From positions 207,102 through 271,101 of the forward strand of contig NW_003314285.1 in the NCBI RefSeq assembly GCF_000143415.4: a DNA stretch of 64,000 nt. The letters run 5' to 3'. The notes under the pieces were generated by a model. That model was not told the DNA's origin, did not search any database, and saw nothing but the letters and a program-made list of their open reading frames with translations. Below are positions 48,872 to 61,675 of the stretch, piece after piece. The stretch comes from Selaginella moellendorffii. Lineage: Eukaryota; Plantae; Lycopodiophyta. Made by a program: the position numbers and the translations under genes. Positions within the stretch are counted from its first letter, which is position 1. Each line of letters opens with the position of its first letter.

Positions 48872-49151
48872 AAAGTGGCTCAAAGCACAAACACGACAGC
48901 TCTTCCTCCAAACCCACAACAACTTTGTGCACTTCTTTTCTGAGAGAATGTGTGATTTCATATAATCTGGTGATGGTGATCGTATGGAAACGAGGGGGCC
49001 TTTTAAGAAAGCGTGCGCTTCCAACAGTCGAGAATGTTTAGCTAGTGGCGCTTCCACCAAATCACCTGTCCGCATCCACGCGAATATAACCAAATCTAAG
49101 TTCGTTATAAGCCGAGCTTGTTTCTTCCCTTCGACGTCCTCTAGCGCGAAT

Positions 49152-49816
49152 ATGGGAGTGCTGCTTTTGCTTCTTCTCAATGCAGCTTCAGGTTTACTCT
49201 AAATCAGCCAAGAAATCGATCGTGTCAATGTCTCAAGATGGATGAAACACTTACCCCTTGGTTTGATTTTGCTGCAGCAGTCTTTGCAGGAGCAGGAGTT
49301 CCAGCACCAGCAGCTAGCTTCTGTGTAGTGCTCTGCGACGGCCCTTCCAGCTCCAACAAGGTCTTCTCCGAAGATGCCACTGTCACCGAGTACTGCAAAC
49401 ACTGCCACGGACCCCCCACGATCTCTATCTCGAAAATCTGCAACCTCTTCTGCGACTCCAACTGCAAACTCTCCAACTCGCTCCTCTGCATCCTCTGCAA
49501 TCTCCTTATCGGTGGCACAGCCGCCGACGAGGCCGAGACGACGGCCTCGGTAGCTCGAGCACGTTTCTCGTCCAGGACTTACTCCTACACTTCGCGGGAG
49601 TGTAGCCTCTACTGCCACCCCGGGAGCATCACCTACAACGCCATGGCGTGCAAGAGCTGCAGAAAGCCAGGGATTCCGAGTGAGTCCGAAATAGAAGCGA
49701 GCTTCACGAACCTGGAAAACGGCGCGCAGAAGAGGGCCATCTTCGTGCAGTTCTGCGACACCTTCTGCAGTTCACCACACAAGTATTACTGCAAAGTGTG
49801 CCGGGAATCAGCATAA
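49152..49816 (+). CDS. Uncharacterised secreted cysteine-rich protein with four C-x3-C...C-x2-C modules, 2 exons (~192 aa)
   Basis: Exon 1 (49152-49191) encodes MGVLLLLLLNAAS. A phase-1 GT-AG intron (49192-49277) joins in frame to AVFAGAGVPAPAASFCVVLC...CKVCRESA*. Confidence 0.78.
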
Positions 49817-50006
49817 AGCTTTCTCCTGCAAGTCATTACAAGTACACCTTTTTATTTACAGTAAACCAATGTCAAAACTGTTGTGCTTTTTGCCTGTGAT
49901 ACAGCTGTGTAACTATAGGTAGAACCCAAGAATGTTTCCTCTGCACATATAAAGAGTTGTAAACTCCCATCCAACAAAATATATGTATGTGTACTTACAA
50001 ATAGCC

Positions 50007-53000
50007 TTATTGCAGCTTTGTCAGTTCCGAGGCGCGGACAAGTATCCTCCCGGATTCATCCTCCTCGTCCATGACATTCACAATGCCTCTACATCCCGCA
50101 GTTCCACAGTGACACGGAAGTTGATCTCCAATAGATGTAAATCTAGCAACCAGGAGCGCTACATGTTAGCCCGAGTTTCAGTGATCACAAACAAATCACA
50201 CCTGTAGTCGTATGTCACCTCGTCCCCTCCAGCGATGTCCTGCTTTGCGAAGATAACAATCCTTTCCTTTCCATTCGTAGTCACTACTCTAGAATAACAA
50301 TTCGGCTGCATCAACGCGGGTAAGCATCGACAGGCTTAGAAGCATTACTTACTTCACAAGAATGGTTGATGAGATGAGCAATGCTGCCCGCTCGAGTGGC
50401 GTCCACGACTCTCTCATTGTCGATACAAAACATGTATGTACCAGCGCCCTGTCAGCAACTCTTGAGTATTCTTGAGTGGATTGGTGGACTATCACACTTA
50501 CCACTAGAGAGTTATAACATCTCTTCTCACGTACGTCCGCAACAGTAGGCCGGATGATCTCTCCTGCGTATTCTATAACCTGCACAATGGCATGGAGTTA
50601 TCACTGGACAAGCATGTCACTCCACCTTACCATATCTCCTGCTCCATGCGGTTCTTTAGCGAATAGACCCCATCCGTGTATCGCAGACTTTCCTGCAGGT
50701 TTACCAAGGTTAGTCAGCCCATAGAACTTGGAGACACAAACCATACCGAATGTTAATCTACGATGTAGTGATGCTCTCATCTGGTAGAACCTTTCGGACA
50801 CCGTAAGAGCAACTTGCCGGCCGTCTGGAGCGGACCTTGGCCTGATTGTTAGAAACGGTTGAACCTTGGAGACGCCGATAGGAACGGGGGCCGGGCGTTT
50901 AACTCTCTTGTAAGGATTGCGCAGGCACCCGGTAACAATGTGCGGCCGGTTCACCAAAAATGCACGCTTGGCCAGAGCTGCCGAGTAGTGGTCAGGTTCA
51001 CGACGGCCTCGTCGGATAGCCACATTATATGGTTCTGAAAGGAAAAAGAGTTAAAACGCCATAGCTTTGGTGTACCATCTTACCAGAACGAGCAGAGCCA
51101 GATGGATTGTGCGAAGCGTATGCATAGTCGTCCTCGTGGGTGGCAAACGTATCAAAAGTTGCTTTTGTCGACATCTTGCTGTGCATGTGTTTCTTGCAAT
51201 ACGAAACAAGTTGCACGGATCGCTCCACTTCCTGGACACCAGTTGTTCTATTCCTTTTCCGGCGAAGACCCTCCAAAACCTAGATACGAAGATTTTAAAC
51301 AAAAGGCTAAAGCTTAAAGGAGTCATACCTTTGTGCAGAATCCTGCTGCTCGAGCGCAAAGCGCATGATAAGAAACCCGGCAGTGGTGGTCAGCGCATTG
51401 GATACAGGCACCATATGGAACACTGCAAATTGTGCAAGTAAGCTTCCAACGTTCCTGAACAGTGGAGATTAAAAACAGATTCAAAGGACCATGAGCTAAC
51501 CTTATTGACTGAACTTATCCCTTCAATCGGTTCCATTCGATCCATATCAACACAAGAGGTTTCTGGCGAAATCGTCATGAGGCCACGTTGAACCATAGAC
51601 AAAACATTCCTTACCAGGTATCCACAATGCACACGCAAGATGAACCCAGCGCCCATCAGTTGTCCGTTTCATTGCACCTCCTGTGGAAAGAGGTTAGCTG
51701 GTCAAGACTGCAGACTTGTTCCTTACCTTTGATAGGACACAGGCAGCAAGGAGGGGAACGCTTGGGAGCGTTCGAGTCACAGAGGTTGCAAAGCCAAGAA
51801 TCTCCCGGTGGCTCTAGCACTCCGTAGCAATTTAGATGAACCTGTCAGGGCACATCATACAAAAAAACAGATCAAAGCTCAAGAAAACTCAAACAGCTAC
51901 CAGCATTCTGCATTTGTCGCATTGCAAAAGAATGTTCCCTTCATACTCCTGCAAAGTGCGCGTGAGAAACGTCACCAGAAACCTTAGCTGCTGTACCTCG
52001 TTAGTATCACAGACGCTGCAATGATCCAGATGCTTCCACTCGACTTCGACATGCTTGAACCCGGCCGGGAGAATGGCATCTAAATCCTCAAATGTAGTAG
52101 CTTCCCTCCAAACTTTAAACTTTGAACATACCCGTGCATAAGGTAAAGCCTGCATACAAAGTTAGTGACAAATATTGTTATAGACGAAAAAGCTTCTACC
52201 TGAATGAGGCGAGAGATTTGAGGATTTGAGAGGCCAAACATTGCGGCTCCCGATCGATAGAATTGCCGTTTCTTATCATGCTGGCCATTCAAATTAAGCT
52301 TCTTTCTGGCCCTGTGCAGCTGAATTAATATTTTCTTCCAGCATGCTGCAGCACTTGGACCTTCCACCTATGCTACGCGCAGTAGAAAGTGACATGAGCA
52401 AATTATTTGTCCAACGCCATAAAAAGAGCCGGATACCTGTTCCCCGTCATCCGGAGTAACACGAAAGAGAGGCATGGTGCGCGCATTTGGATTTCTCAAG
52501 ATCTCCATCTTATAGATCACCGTCTTAGTTGGATCTAGCACAGCACATCACATGTGAAGTTTTTTTACAGAGAAACACGATGCCAACCTTTTGTTGAGAA
52601 GAATTTTCTGATAGAAGTGTAGCCTTCGGTCCAGATATAGTGCTGGTCGTGAAAGTATTCCGAATCCTTTACAATTTTCCCTGCAAGCAAGTAAGAACAG
52701 GATCAACGTTGATCAACTTTGTATATAGACGCGTACCTAAGTTTAAAACTTGAAGCGAGCCCAGCTTGATTGGGCATTTGGAAATGCTCTCAAGGCTCTT
52801 CCTTACTTTGTGCTTTCTCTCGTCACCAACGAAATCTTCATCCTTTTCAGATTTTTCTTCTGAATCTGAATGAATTGCCTGCGTCAACGTGGTGACCACT
52901 TCTTCTTGCAAGTAAGTCATCCCAGGAGGTAGCTTCTGTTCCCTGTAATACCTGGATATGCTGAGGTGAGTTCACAGGTATGAAAAGATGGAACCGCTAC

Positions 53001-54858
53001 CTGTCGACTTCCTCCAGACCCCTGTCAAAGCATATGCGGCTGCATTTCAAGTGATACTCATCAAGGATCCCTTTCGAAAACTTGACTATCCTGCCGATTA
53101 TAATCCTGAAAAAAGTACTCCTGAGACCAGAAGAAGGGAGCCTGCGTCGTCAAAGCTAACCTGGCACTTTCATATGTTCCAAAATAATGAACTGGCAATT
53201 CACCAGTGGAAATTTCTAAGTTGCACAGCCGTGCGTGCTGGTCGTCCATGACAAATGCTGGCCACATTGGATAGCCTGCAATATACTCCTTAAGATCAAG
53301 GAAAAACAAAAGAAGATTCTGTTGTTAGAAAGCAAACCTGGAGTTTCGGCCCATACAATATCCCCGTGCTGAAATAACCTGTCGTAACTTTCCGTGCTTG
53401 CAGCAAAGACCAACAACTCCTCTGCTTTTGCCTTTCTTTCTTCTAAAGAACTTCGCTCGTCGTAGCTAGTGATTAACCTCATCTTCTCGTCGAGGGAGAT
53501 ATAAAACGCAATGCGCTCCCTAGAGAGAAACTGCCACACTTCACCTTGTATATCATAATGAACCTGAGGCCAGACGCATTTTTGTCAGTGTTATCAGCCC
53601 GAGGCCCGAGAGGTGAAGAACCTGATGTTTCTTGCTGAGTTGATCATACTGGACAATAGACGCGGCAAGCCATTTCCTTTCTAAGGGGTTGTACACCTGT
53701 AAGCTCGGTAGCTTTAGACTCGAAGTCAGGAAAATTGAATCCTAACCTTGCATTTATGGTTCACCAAGACCAAAGGATCAGTTCCTCCAACATCAATCCT
53801 GCAAGGACAAAAGGTCTGGATCACAAAAACTTCTAAACTTCACAACTTACTCCCTCCATTTTAGCTGTGCGTGGAACGATGGATCAGAAGACTTTGCACT
53901 ACCTCTAGCAAACAGCCGCGCAATTGTCAAGAACTCCGGATCTCTGACTGTCACAAGCTTCTGCTCGTCCTCCATGCTAGCAAACGACGTCGATACCTCT
54001 TGCGTCACCGAGTCCTCGGCATCTGCCAGCTTCACGGGTACGCCACAGTTGCCTATGCTCTCTTCCGTTGGTAAAGACGGTAGAGGCTCGTTCTTACGAG
54101 GATGGTTTGAGCTGTTGCCATCGTCAACCGACTGGAACACTAGATCAACAATGAGCCCGATGTTCCCCTCGAGAAGAGTTCTTCCCTTGGCTCGGTTCGT
54201 CCTGGGCTTGCAGTAAAACCTCTTGAGTTTCGTGGCAGCGATATCCCTGGAAATGCTCGACTTCCTTCTCTTGGGAGGGAAAGACTTTATCCTTTCGTTA
54301 CGCCGAGGCTCCAAGAGCTGAGCCAGCGTCCTAAACGCCGGTTGCTCTTCCTTCCCTTTAGCAGGAGCATGAAAGGAGCTCTGGATGGTGCTCATCCTTC
54401 TCTTCTTCACAGGCCGCCTAGCCGTGTCCTCGGAATCGCTCCACTCTTGCGAAACATCGTCCGAATCTTGCGAAACATAGTCTGACTCGTGGTTGTCCGT
54501 GCTTGGATCATCGAGCTCTTGGTCCTCGGTGCTTGGATCATCGAGCTCGTCAACGGCCGGCTCTGCCTGAGACGTGTAAAACTGTGAGACCGATTTAAAC
54601 TTGACCGGCTTGCTGCTGGAATCATCCTGGAACGAGGTGGGATGAGCAACCATGCTGCCCAGAAATACCCCCACTCACGCTCTACCTAAGATCCATCCAT
54701 GGAAGCAGTGCTGCTGACCCTCCCTCTTCATTTTCTTCCACCGTCCCATCCGATGCCCCGATGGAGCTAGATGGCACTCCTCCCATGGCTTTCCATCTCC
54801 TGTTCCAAATGCGGGTATTAGAGCGCGGCCGATCCTCCCCGGCGACTCTCCCCGGCAT
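50007..54858 (-). CDS. ATX/trithorax-like histone H3K4 methyltransferase (PWWP, FYRN/FYRC, PHD, ePHD, SET, post-SET), multi-exon
   Basis: [16 protein letters not shown]; [10 protein letters not shown]; SGAAMFGLS; [21 protein letters not shown]; [12 protein letters not shown]; [10 protein letters not shown]; HLINHSC-PNCY; [10 protein letters not shown]. Start codon is tentative. Confidence 0.9.
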
Positions 54859-55217
54859 TGCCGAATCTGCGATCAATACCTCTGCAGCTCCATCCCCGCG
54901 CAGCCGGCGCGCCCACCGAGCTCGCGGGCGCCATAGCTCGCGCACGCCGGCCGCCCTAGCGAACGCTAGGAACCCTAAGCTACCTCTAAACCTCGCCCCC
55001 GCACGACTAGAGCACACTGAGTCTCTCGCGCGATCTTTAATGGGGCCGACAGTGACGATTGCGCCACGTCAGCAGGAGGAAGCCGTCGATACAGTTGGAT
55101 CCAACGACCAAAAGATTTACTACCTGACAGATTAGTCAACACACGATCGTTGACTAATGCTGAATAGGGTTGACCTTTTTTAAACTGACCGGAAGAGCCC
55201 CAAATTTTAGGGTTTTG
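54859..55217. promoter_or_regulatory. Compact divergent promoter between ATX-like and MED6
   Basis: Head-to-head starts about 360 bp apart, with telo-box-like AACCCTAA (~54971) and TTAGGGTTT (~55207) in opposite orientations. Confidence 0.5.
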
Positions 55218-56139
55218 ATGGCAGAGGGATTGGGGGGTGCTGCTCCGCCATTGCCGACGGATCAGACAGGTATCAGCTTCCACGATCAGCTGTGGCTCAG
55301 CACATACCCTCTCGATCGCAACCTCGTCTTCGATTACTTCGTCCTCTCGCCCTTCTACGATCGCTCTTGCTCCAACGAGCAGCTGCGAATGCGCTCCGTC
55401 CATCCCCTCGACATGACCCAGCTCTCGTAAGAATCAAGCGCCTTGTTCTTCCTTCGCAAGAGGTTTCTCTTCGTTTTGTGCTGTGCCAGGAAGATGACTG
55501 GAGTGGAGTACGTGCTGCTCGAAGCCCAGGAGCCCAATCTCTTTGTCCTCCGCAAGCAAAAGCGCGAGAGCCCGGACAAAGTGTTGCATCTCTCGGCCTA
55601 CTATATCCTTGACAGCCATATCTATCAAGCACCGCTGCTCTACAGCGTTGTTTGCAGCAGAGTGGTGAGTCCCGAGGCCTTTTCTTCTGCTTCTTCTGAT
55701 GATCCGCCCGTTTGATCTCTAGGCCCGAGCTGTGCATCACATCTCCGCTGCCTTCTCCCAAGTCTCGGCAAAGCTCGAGAAGATTGGCTATGGTATGTCC
55801 AAACCTCCTGTTTTGCGTCGTTCGTCCTGACTATGCTCTGATGTAGACGACGAGAATGAACACGAGAGCGATACCTCCGGCCGTGTCGATCTCAAGGAAA
55901 TCCTCCGGATCGACCAGATACTGGGAAATGTTCTTCGCAAGGTGAGCCTCTTGTCTCTTTTTCCTGTTCGTGATCGTTGACAGTTCTTGTTCTTTCCGGT
56001 TCAGCTTCCTCCGGCTCCTCCTCCTCCTCCAATGCCCACACCACCCAGTGGTGTCCCCGAGCAGCCCCAAGACTCGCAACCAGAGCAGTCGACCGAGCAG
56101 GGCCCTCCCGCCAAGAAAGCAAAGGTTGAGAAACGTTGA
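55218..56139 (+). CDS. MED6: Mediator of RNA polymerase II transcription subunit 6
   Basis: [72 protein letters not shown]. Ends [12 protein letters not shown]. Confidence 0.93.
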
Positions 56140-56150
56140 GCTTCCGTTTG

Positions 56151-57852
56151 TTAGGATGGCGAGCCGTGAAACTCCACATCTGAGACGTCCGTCTCCTCCG
56201 GGTGTGCCTCTGGAACCGGTGCTAAGGCGGCAATGTAGCCGGAAGCGGCGTCACCTTTGTGCCCGACTCGTGATAGCCACTGTGAAACGTCCCGCATCTT
56301 TGGCCGGTGTCGAGGGTCTTCGTTGACGCAGCGAAATGCGATGGAAGCTATCTGCCCGAATTCTTGCAAGTTGCAATGCCCCTCGAGCCTGGGATCTACA
56401 AGTTCTCCCCAGCCGTCTGCGCCTTCCACCCCCAAAGCAGCCTGCAAGAGAAAAGCACTGTGAAGAAGCCAGGAGAAAACCATCGTACCAGTTTCACGTA
56501 ATCCAAGAGGCCTTGTTGCGGATTCCGTCCAGTGATGAGCTCGAACAAAAGAATCCCGAAGCTGTAGACATCACTCTTTTCGGTAAAAACGTTTGTCAAG
56601 AGGTACTGTGGATCAACATAGCCGAAAGTGCCCTTGACAGCCGACGTAGGGACTCCAAACGTCATCTCCTTGGACAGCCCAAAATCCGCCACCTACACAG
56701 GCACGAAGAAACAGTTTTTTTCTTGTTGGTGGACCAGTAACAGTGACGAACTTTAGCAGTGGACATGGCATCCAGCAGTATGTTGGAAGACTTGATGTCT
56801 CGATGAATCACTGGAGGCACAGCCTGCACAACAATGTAGATCGAGATCTTCGTCAATCAATCTATCGACCAGAAACCAACCGCGCATTTAAGATCATACC
56901 CCGTCGTGAAGATACTCAATGCCCCTCGAGATATCATGCGCCACGCTCACCCGAAGCTTCCAGCTTAAAGCCGCGCGCTCTTCGTCTGAATGGATCCGAC
57001 ATAAAGTTCGTTAGTGGCAGCAAAATCACGACTCCGACTCACTGTAAAGGATCTCTGCCAAGTTCCCACCACTCATGAACTCGTACACGAGCATACAGTG
57101 GCCTCGCTCCGCGCAGTATCCGACCAAGTTTACAAGATTTCGGTGGTGGAGTCGTCCAAGCAGCAGCACCTGGGAAAGCAAAAGCAAAAGAGCTTGCGAC
57201 ATAGCTACGCAAAGCAAGGAAAAGAGATTCTCGTCCGCTTACCTCGGTTTGAAACTCTCGCCCTCCTTGCTTGGATTTCACGTCGAGGACTTTCACAGCG
57301 AGCACTGGACCAGTGGGACGAACGGCCTTGAAAACTGGGCCGAAAGCTCCACGCCCAACAAGCGTAGTAAAATTGTTGGTGGCCTTCTGGAGCTCCCTGC
57401 GCAGCCAGCCAAAGAGAAGGAAGGACGAGGCAAATTTTAGCAAGAACACACATAGGAAGAACTTACTTAAATGAGAATGGAAGAATCCCAGCGCTGTAAT
57501 TTAACTCCTTGTTGGCTTTTAGGAAAGAAGTGACGCTGGGCTGCTGCTGCTGCGATGGCGATCGATTCCCCACATCCGAGTCGGAGAGGATGGTGCTCGA
57601 GTCGGCTCCATTCACTCGCATCGGCAGCACGATCTCCTTCCTCTCGCTGCTGTTGCCGCGGAACAATCCCGGCTTGACGCGCCGCAGCCTCACGCAAATC
57701 ACTGCGCACGTCGCCAGGAAGAGGCTGAGGCTCACGCCAATGCAAATCCCGATGATCACACCCACCGAGAGAGGATTCCTGCTAATCACATCCTCGCTCG
57801 CGGGAGGCGGCGGCGGCGGTGGGATTGGAGGAGGAGCTGCGCTATCGGCCAT
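56151..57852 (-). CDS. Calcium/calmodulin-regulated receptor-like kinase 1 (CRLK1)-like, multi-exon
   Basis: N-terminal [18 protein letters not shown]; [24 protein letters not shown]; [22 protein letters not shown]; [18 protein letters not shown]; ADFGLSKE; KGTFGYVDP. Confidence 0.9.
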
Positions 57853-58209
57853 GGATCTTCCAAGAATGCCGGCAGAGTGCACGAAATATCGCATCCGGCT
57901 ATCAAGAACCCCGCTAGAGCGGCATTGATCCAGCTAGCCGCGCTGCCGTCTACCGCCGGGAAGAGCGCGATGATCCATCGCGCCGCGAAACCCTAGCGCC
58001 TGCGCTGCTCCCCTGCTAGATAGCCGCCAACGGAGAGTGCGAGAGGGAGGGAGCCGAGAGAAATCTTTCTGGGCTCATCGATATCCAACGTAGCAGACAC
58101 GTCAGACGCCAGCGTGACACATTTATGGCCAATGTCATAAGGGCGAGGGAAATCTTCGTTTAAAGCTTCTACTTTATAGTTCTTTGCTTTTCTCCTTTGT
58201 CCAAAGTTT

Positions 58210-60033
58210 TTACTTTAGTTCTTGGAAGAACTTCGAGCGAGTGAGTAGCAATGGTGGATTTGGAGCAGAGAATTGGAAGAGTTTGCTCGTCGATCGAAAC
58301 ATATCGGCCAGCAGCACATACGGAGTGGCTTTCCTCCTGTCCAGCCCGAGCACCTGTTTAGTCACTCGAGCTCCCCGGCTCATGTCCATCTCGGTGTGTC
58401 CCCGGCAAGCTCCCAGCAAGCACGACCACCCCAGCTCTCGGGCATCGCTCGGCATGGCCGACACGAGCACCTCGGCCTCGCCCAAGTACCCGGCCCGGCC
58501 GAGAAGATCCACCACGCAGCAGAAGTGCTGCTTGAGAGGAACCAACTTCCAATCTCTCGTCATCGAAGCAAAGTAGCCGAGCCCCGATCGAAGCTTTCCT
58601 GCGTGGCTGCAAGCCAGGAGAATCCAAACGAAGCCTGCTTCTCCTGGAGTTTGCATGAGAGCCATGGTGTGGAAGAGCTCCAGCGTCGACTCCGTCCGGC
58701 CATTGTAAGCATACGTCTCGAGCATCGCGTTCCAGGCCACCGCGTCGCGCTCGGGCATAGCGTCGAAGACTCTCCTGGTTTTTTGGAGATGACCAACTTG
58801 GGCATAGCCAATAGCCACCGCAGTCCACGAGACGATGTTGCGATCGTCCATGGCGGTGCTCAGCAGCAGCTCTTCGGCCTCCTCCACACTTCCGTTCAGT
58901 GCCAGCCCACACAAGAGTGCGTTCCAGGCGACGAGGTTCCTCTCGGGCATCGCGTTGAAGATCCTTCTAGCCTCCTCGACATACCCGTTTTGAGCATACC
59001 CGGAAACCATCGCGTCCCACGACACCACGTCCCTCTCCTCCATGCGATCAAAAACGTTCTTTGCCTTCTCAATCTCCCCGTTCTGTGCATACCCCGAAAG
59101 CATCGCGTTCCAGGACACCAAGCTCTTCTCCGGGATCTCGTCGAACACCCTCTTGGCCCGCTCCACCTGAGAACTCTGAGCGTAGCAACTTAGCATCGCG
59201 TTCATGGTCACGACGCTCCACTCCGGCATCGCGTTATAAACCTCCTCGGCCTTGCGAAAGTCCGCGTCTTGGGTGTAGACACAAATCATGGTGCTGCAAG
59301 TGACACAGTCAAGCTCCGGCATTTTGCTAAAGATCCGAATAGCTTCTTTGACATACCCCGATTGCGCATAGGCAGCCACCATCGCAGTCCAAGCAACGAT
59401 GTCACGCTGCTCCATGGCGTGAAAAACCAAACTTGCTTCTTCAATATGCCCGCTCTGGGAATAACAAGTTAGCATAGCAGTCCAGGATACCAGATTATAC
59501 TCGGGCATGTTGAAGAAAACGTTCTCGGCCTCCATCACCAGATATCTCTGCGTCAAGGCCGTAAGCATTATAGTCCAGGCCATCATATCCCTCTGCGGCA
59601 TCTCCTCAAAGACCGACTTTGCTAGCTTGATATGCCCGTTCTGCGTATAAGCGGCCAGTAACGACGTCCACGAGACTAGATTGGAGCTGGGCATCGAGGA
59701 AAAGACCTGCTTGGCCTCCTCAACATGCCCGCTCCGGGCATACGCCGAGAGCAACGCGTTCCACGAAACCATGTCCCTGCTCGGCATGTCCTCGAAGAAA
59801 ATCCTGGCTTCCTCCACACACCCGCCCCGGGCATACGTTGATAGCATGATGTTCCACGAGAAAGAGTCCTTGACGGTGATATTGTCAAACACGATTCGTG
59901 CCTGCTGGACGTTTCCCTGCTTGCTATAATGCTGGAGCAACTTGTTAGACATTGGAATATCATTCTTAAGAACCTGAGAGCGAGAACTAAGTCGAGCTGG
60001 GATGCACAAGTTTTCATCCAGAGCTCGAACCAT
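58210..60033 (-). CDS. PLS-class pentatricopeptide repeat protein with E extension and no DYW domain
   Basis: About 607-aa ORF from ATG 60033 made of ~31-aa repeats. It ends LLACSHAG...QHFCCVVDLLGRAG...WSCLLGACRGH...PYVLLADMF. Confidence 0.92.
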   Translation of the reverse strand: MVRALDENLCIPARLSSRSQVLKNDIPMSNKLLQHYSKQGNVQQARIVFDNITVKDSFSWNIMLSTYARGGCVEEARIFFEDMPSRDMVSWNALLSAYARSGHVEEAKQVFSSMPSSNLVSWTSLLAAYTQNGHIKLAKSVFEEMPQRDMMAWTIMLTALTQRYLVMEAENVFFNMPEYNLVSWTAMLTCYSQSGHIEEASLVFHAMEQRDIVAWTAMVAAYAQSGYVKEAIRIFSKMPELDCVTCSTMICVYTQDADFRKAEEVYNAMPEWSVVTMNAMLSCYAQSSQVERAKRVFDEIPEKSLVSWNAMLSGYAQNGEIEKAKNVFDRMEERDVVSWDAMVSGYAQNGYVEEARRIFNAMPERNLVAWNALLCGLALNGSVEEAEELLLSTAMDDRNIVSWTAVAIGYAQVGHLQKTRRVFDAMPERDAVAWNAMLETYAYNGRTESTLELFHTMALMQTPGEAGFVWILLACSHAGKLRSGLGYFASMTRDWKLVPLKQHFCCVVDLLGRAGYLGEAEVLVSAMPSDARELGWSCLLGACRGHTEMDMSRGARVTKQVLGLDRRKATPYVLLADMFRSTSKLFQFSAPNPPLLLTRSKFFQELK

Positions 60034-60264
60034 CTGAAACAAAGAGTAAATCCAGAAACCAAAACCACCTCGCTATTCATTTTCTTTTCAGCTGCTACAA
60101 TGTAGAAAACATGGAAGATACAGGATCAGTTGGGAAAACCAAACTTCACCGAGGATAAAAGAGCCGCGCCATCAAATGCATCGTCGTACGTATGCTTACA
60201 AAATGATAACCAAGGGCCTACCTATGAACAAGACAGCGATGGTAAGCACTCGAAAATAAATAAT

Positions 60265-61675
60265 TTACTCCGCTGCCGGGGCGGCTCGGGCCGTGAGCAA
60301 AGGTTGGAGCGCTTTCACCACGATGCCCATGTTTGGCCTAAAGTCCGCTTCGTATTGCACGCACAGAGCGGCAACAGCGGCCATCTATGCAAAGAAGAAA
60401 AGCGCGTGTCAAACTACTTGGGAGGAAAGAAAAAGAAGCAAACTTACCTTGGCAACTGCCTTTGCAGGGTACTCTCCTTTCAGCTTTGGATCCACACATT
60501 GCTTGACTTTGTCTTCGCTAAGTCTGGGTGTGGCCTGCGATCGGGAGCAAAAAACGCATTTAAGTACCAGGCACCGCCACTGAGCTTGACAGCCTACTTA
60601 CCCACGTTACAAGGCTCTGCTGTCCACGAGGCATTGAGTGATCCACTGGCTTTCTCCCAGTGAGGAGCTCCAACAAAACCACGCCAAAGCTATAGACATC
60701 GCTCTTTTGTGTAAGCTGACCTGTCATCGCATATCTAAAGCCAAAAAGCGTTAGACGAAGAATCGAAAGTTATAACGGCTTACTCTGGAGCGTGGTAGCC
60801 GAAAGTTCCAAGTACACGAGTCGAGTGAAGCCGTGCGGCCGTGTCCGGAGCCTGGTTGGAAAGATTGAAGTCGGCTATCTTTGCTGTGTAGTCGTCGAAC
60901 AGGAGAACATTACTGGACTTGATGTCACGGTGAATTAGTGGTGGAGAGACTTTTTCATGCAAATATTCGAGCCCTTTTGCAGCCCCTACCGCGATCTTCA
61001 CACGCTGGGCCCAATCCAACACCGGACCGGGCAAAGCACCTTTAACACCTTTTCTCCCTGGTGGTACATAACCAGTAAGATTCGAACAACTTGAAAAGGC
61101 TCACAACGTACCATGGAGTATGTCATGCAAAGAGCCCATCGTTGCAAACTCATACGCCAAAACACGGAGTGGCCCGTCAACACAGTATCCAATGAGCTCA
61201 ACAACGTTCTCATTTTTTAGTCTCGACACCATGGAAACCTGAAGCACCACGCGAATGGATAAAACAGTAGAACGCTTGAAAATCCCTACCTGAGCAAGGA
61301 ACTCCTGATCAGGCTGTGAATTCTGGTCGAGCTTCTTTATCGCAGCTTGACCACTTCGCAACTCCGCAAGGTAAACTCGACCATAGGATCCCTCGCCGAT
61401 AAGTGACTTGGGACCAAAATTCTCGGTGGCTTCTTTCAGCTCGTCAATGCCAAGCATTGGAACAGCGATCGGTTGGACTCTGGCAGCTTGTCCAGCTCTA
61501 TTTGCTCCTTCATTTGCTTTAGCACCACCAGGGTTGCCTGGAAACCAAGCAAAGAACAGTTGTTTTTTTCCCACTGGAAAGGATAAAAGAACTTACCATT
61601 TGTCACAGTGGTGAACGGAGCATCCGATGGCTTCGTGATATCATTGCCGGCGCAAGACGAGAAAACGCATCCCAT
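60265..61675 (-). CDS. Pto-interacting protein 1 (Pti1)-like receptor-like cytoplasmic kinase, multi-exon
   Basis: MGC start (possible acylation), [85 protein letters not shown]. Confidence 0.95.

Noticed and set aside
49394-49408. CKHCH as a c-type heme-binding motif
   Set aside because: It occurs in only one of four modules of a secretory-pathway protein and is better explained as part of the disulfide repeat.
54499-54548. 30-bp tandem repeat inside the ATX-like exon (ELDDPST twice)
   Set aside because: An ordinary in-frame duplication in a disordered acidic region.
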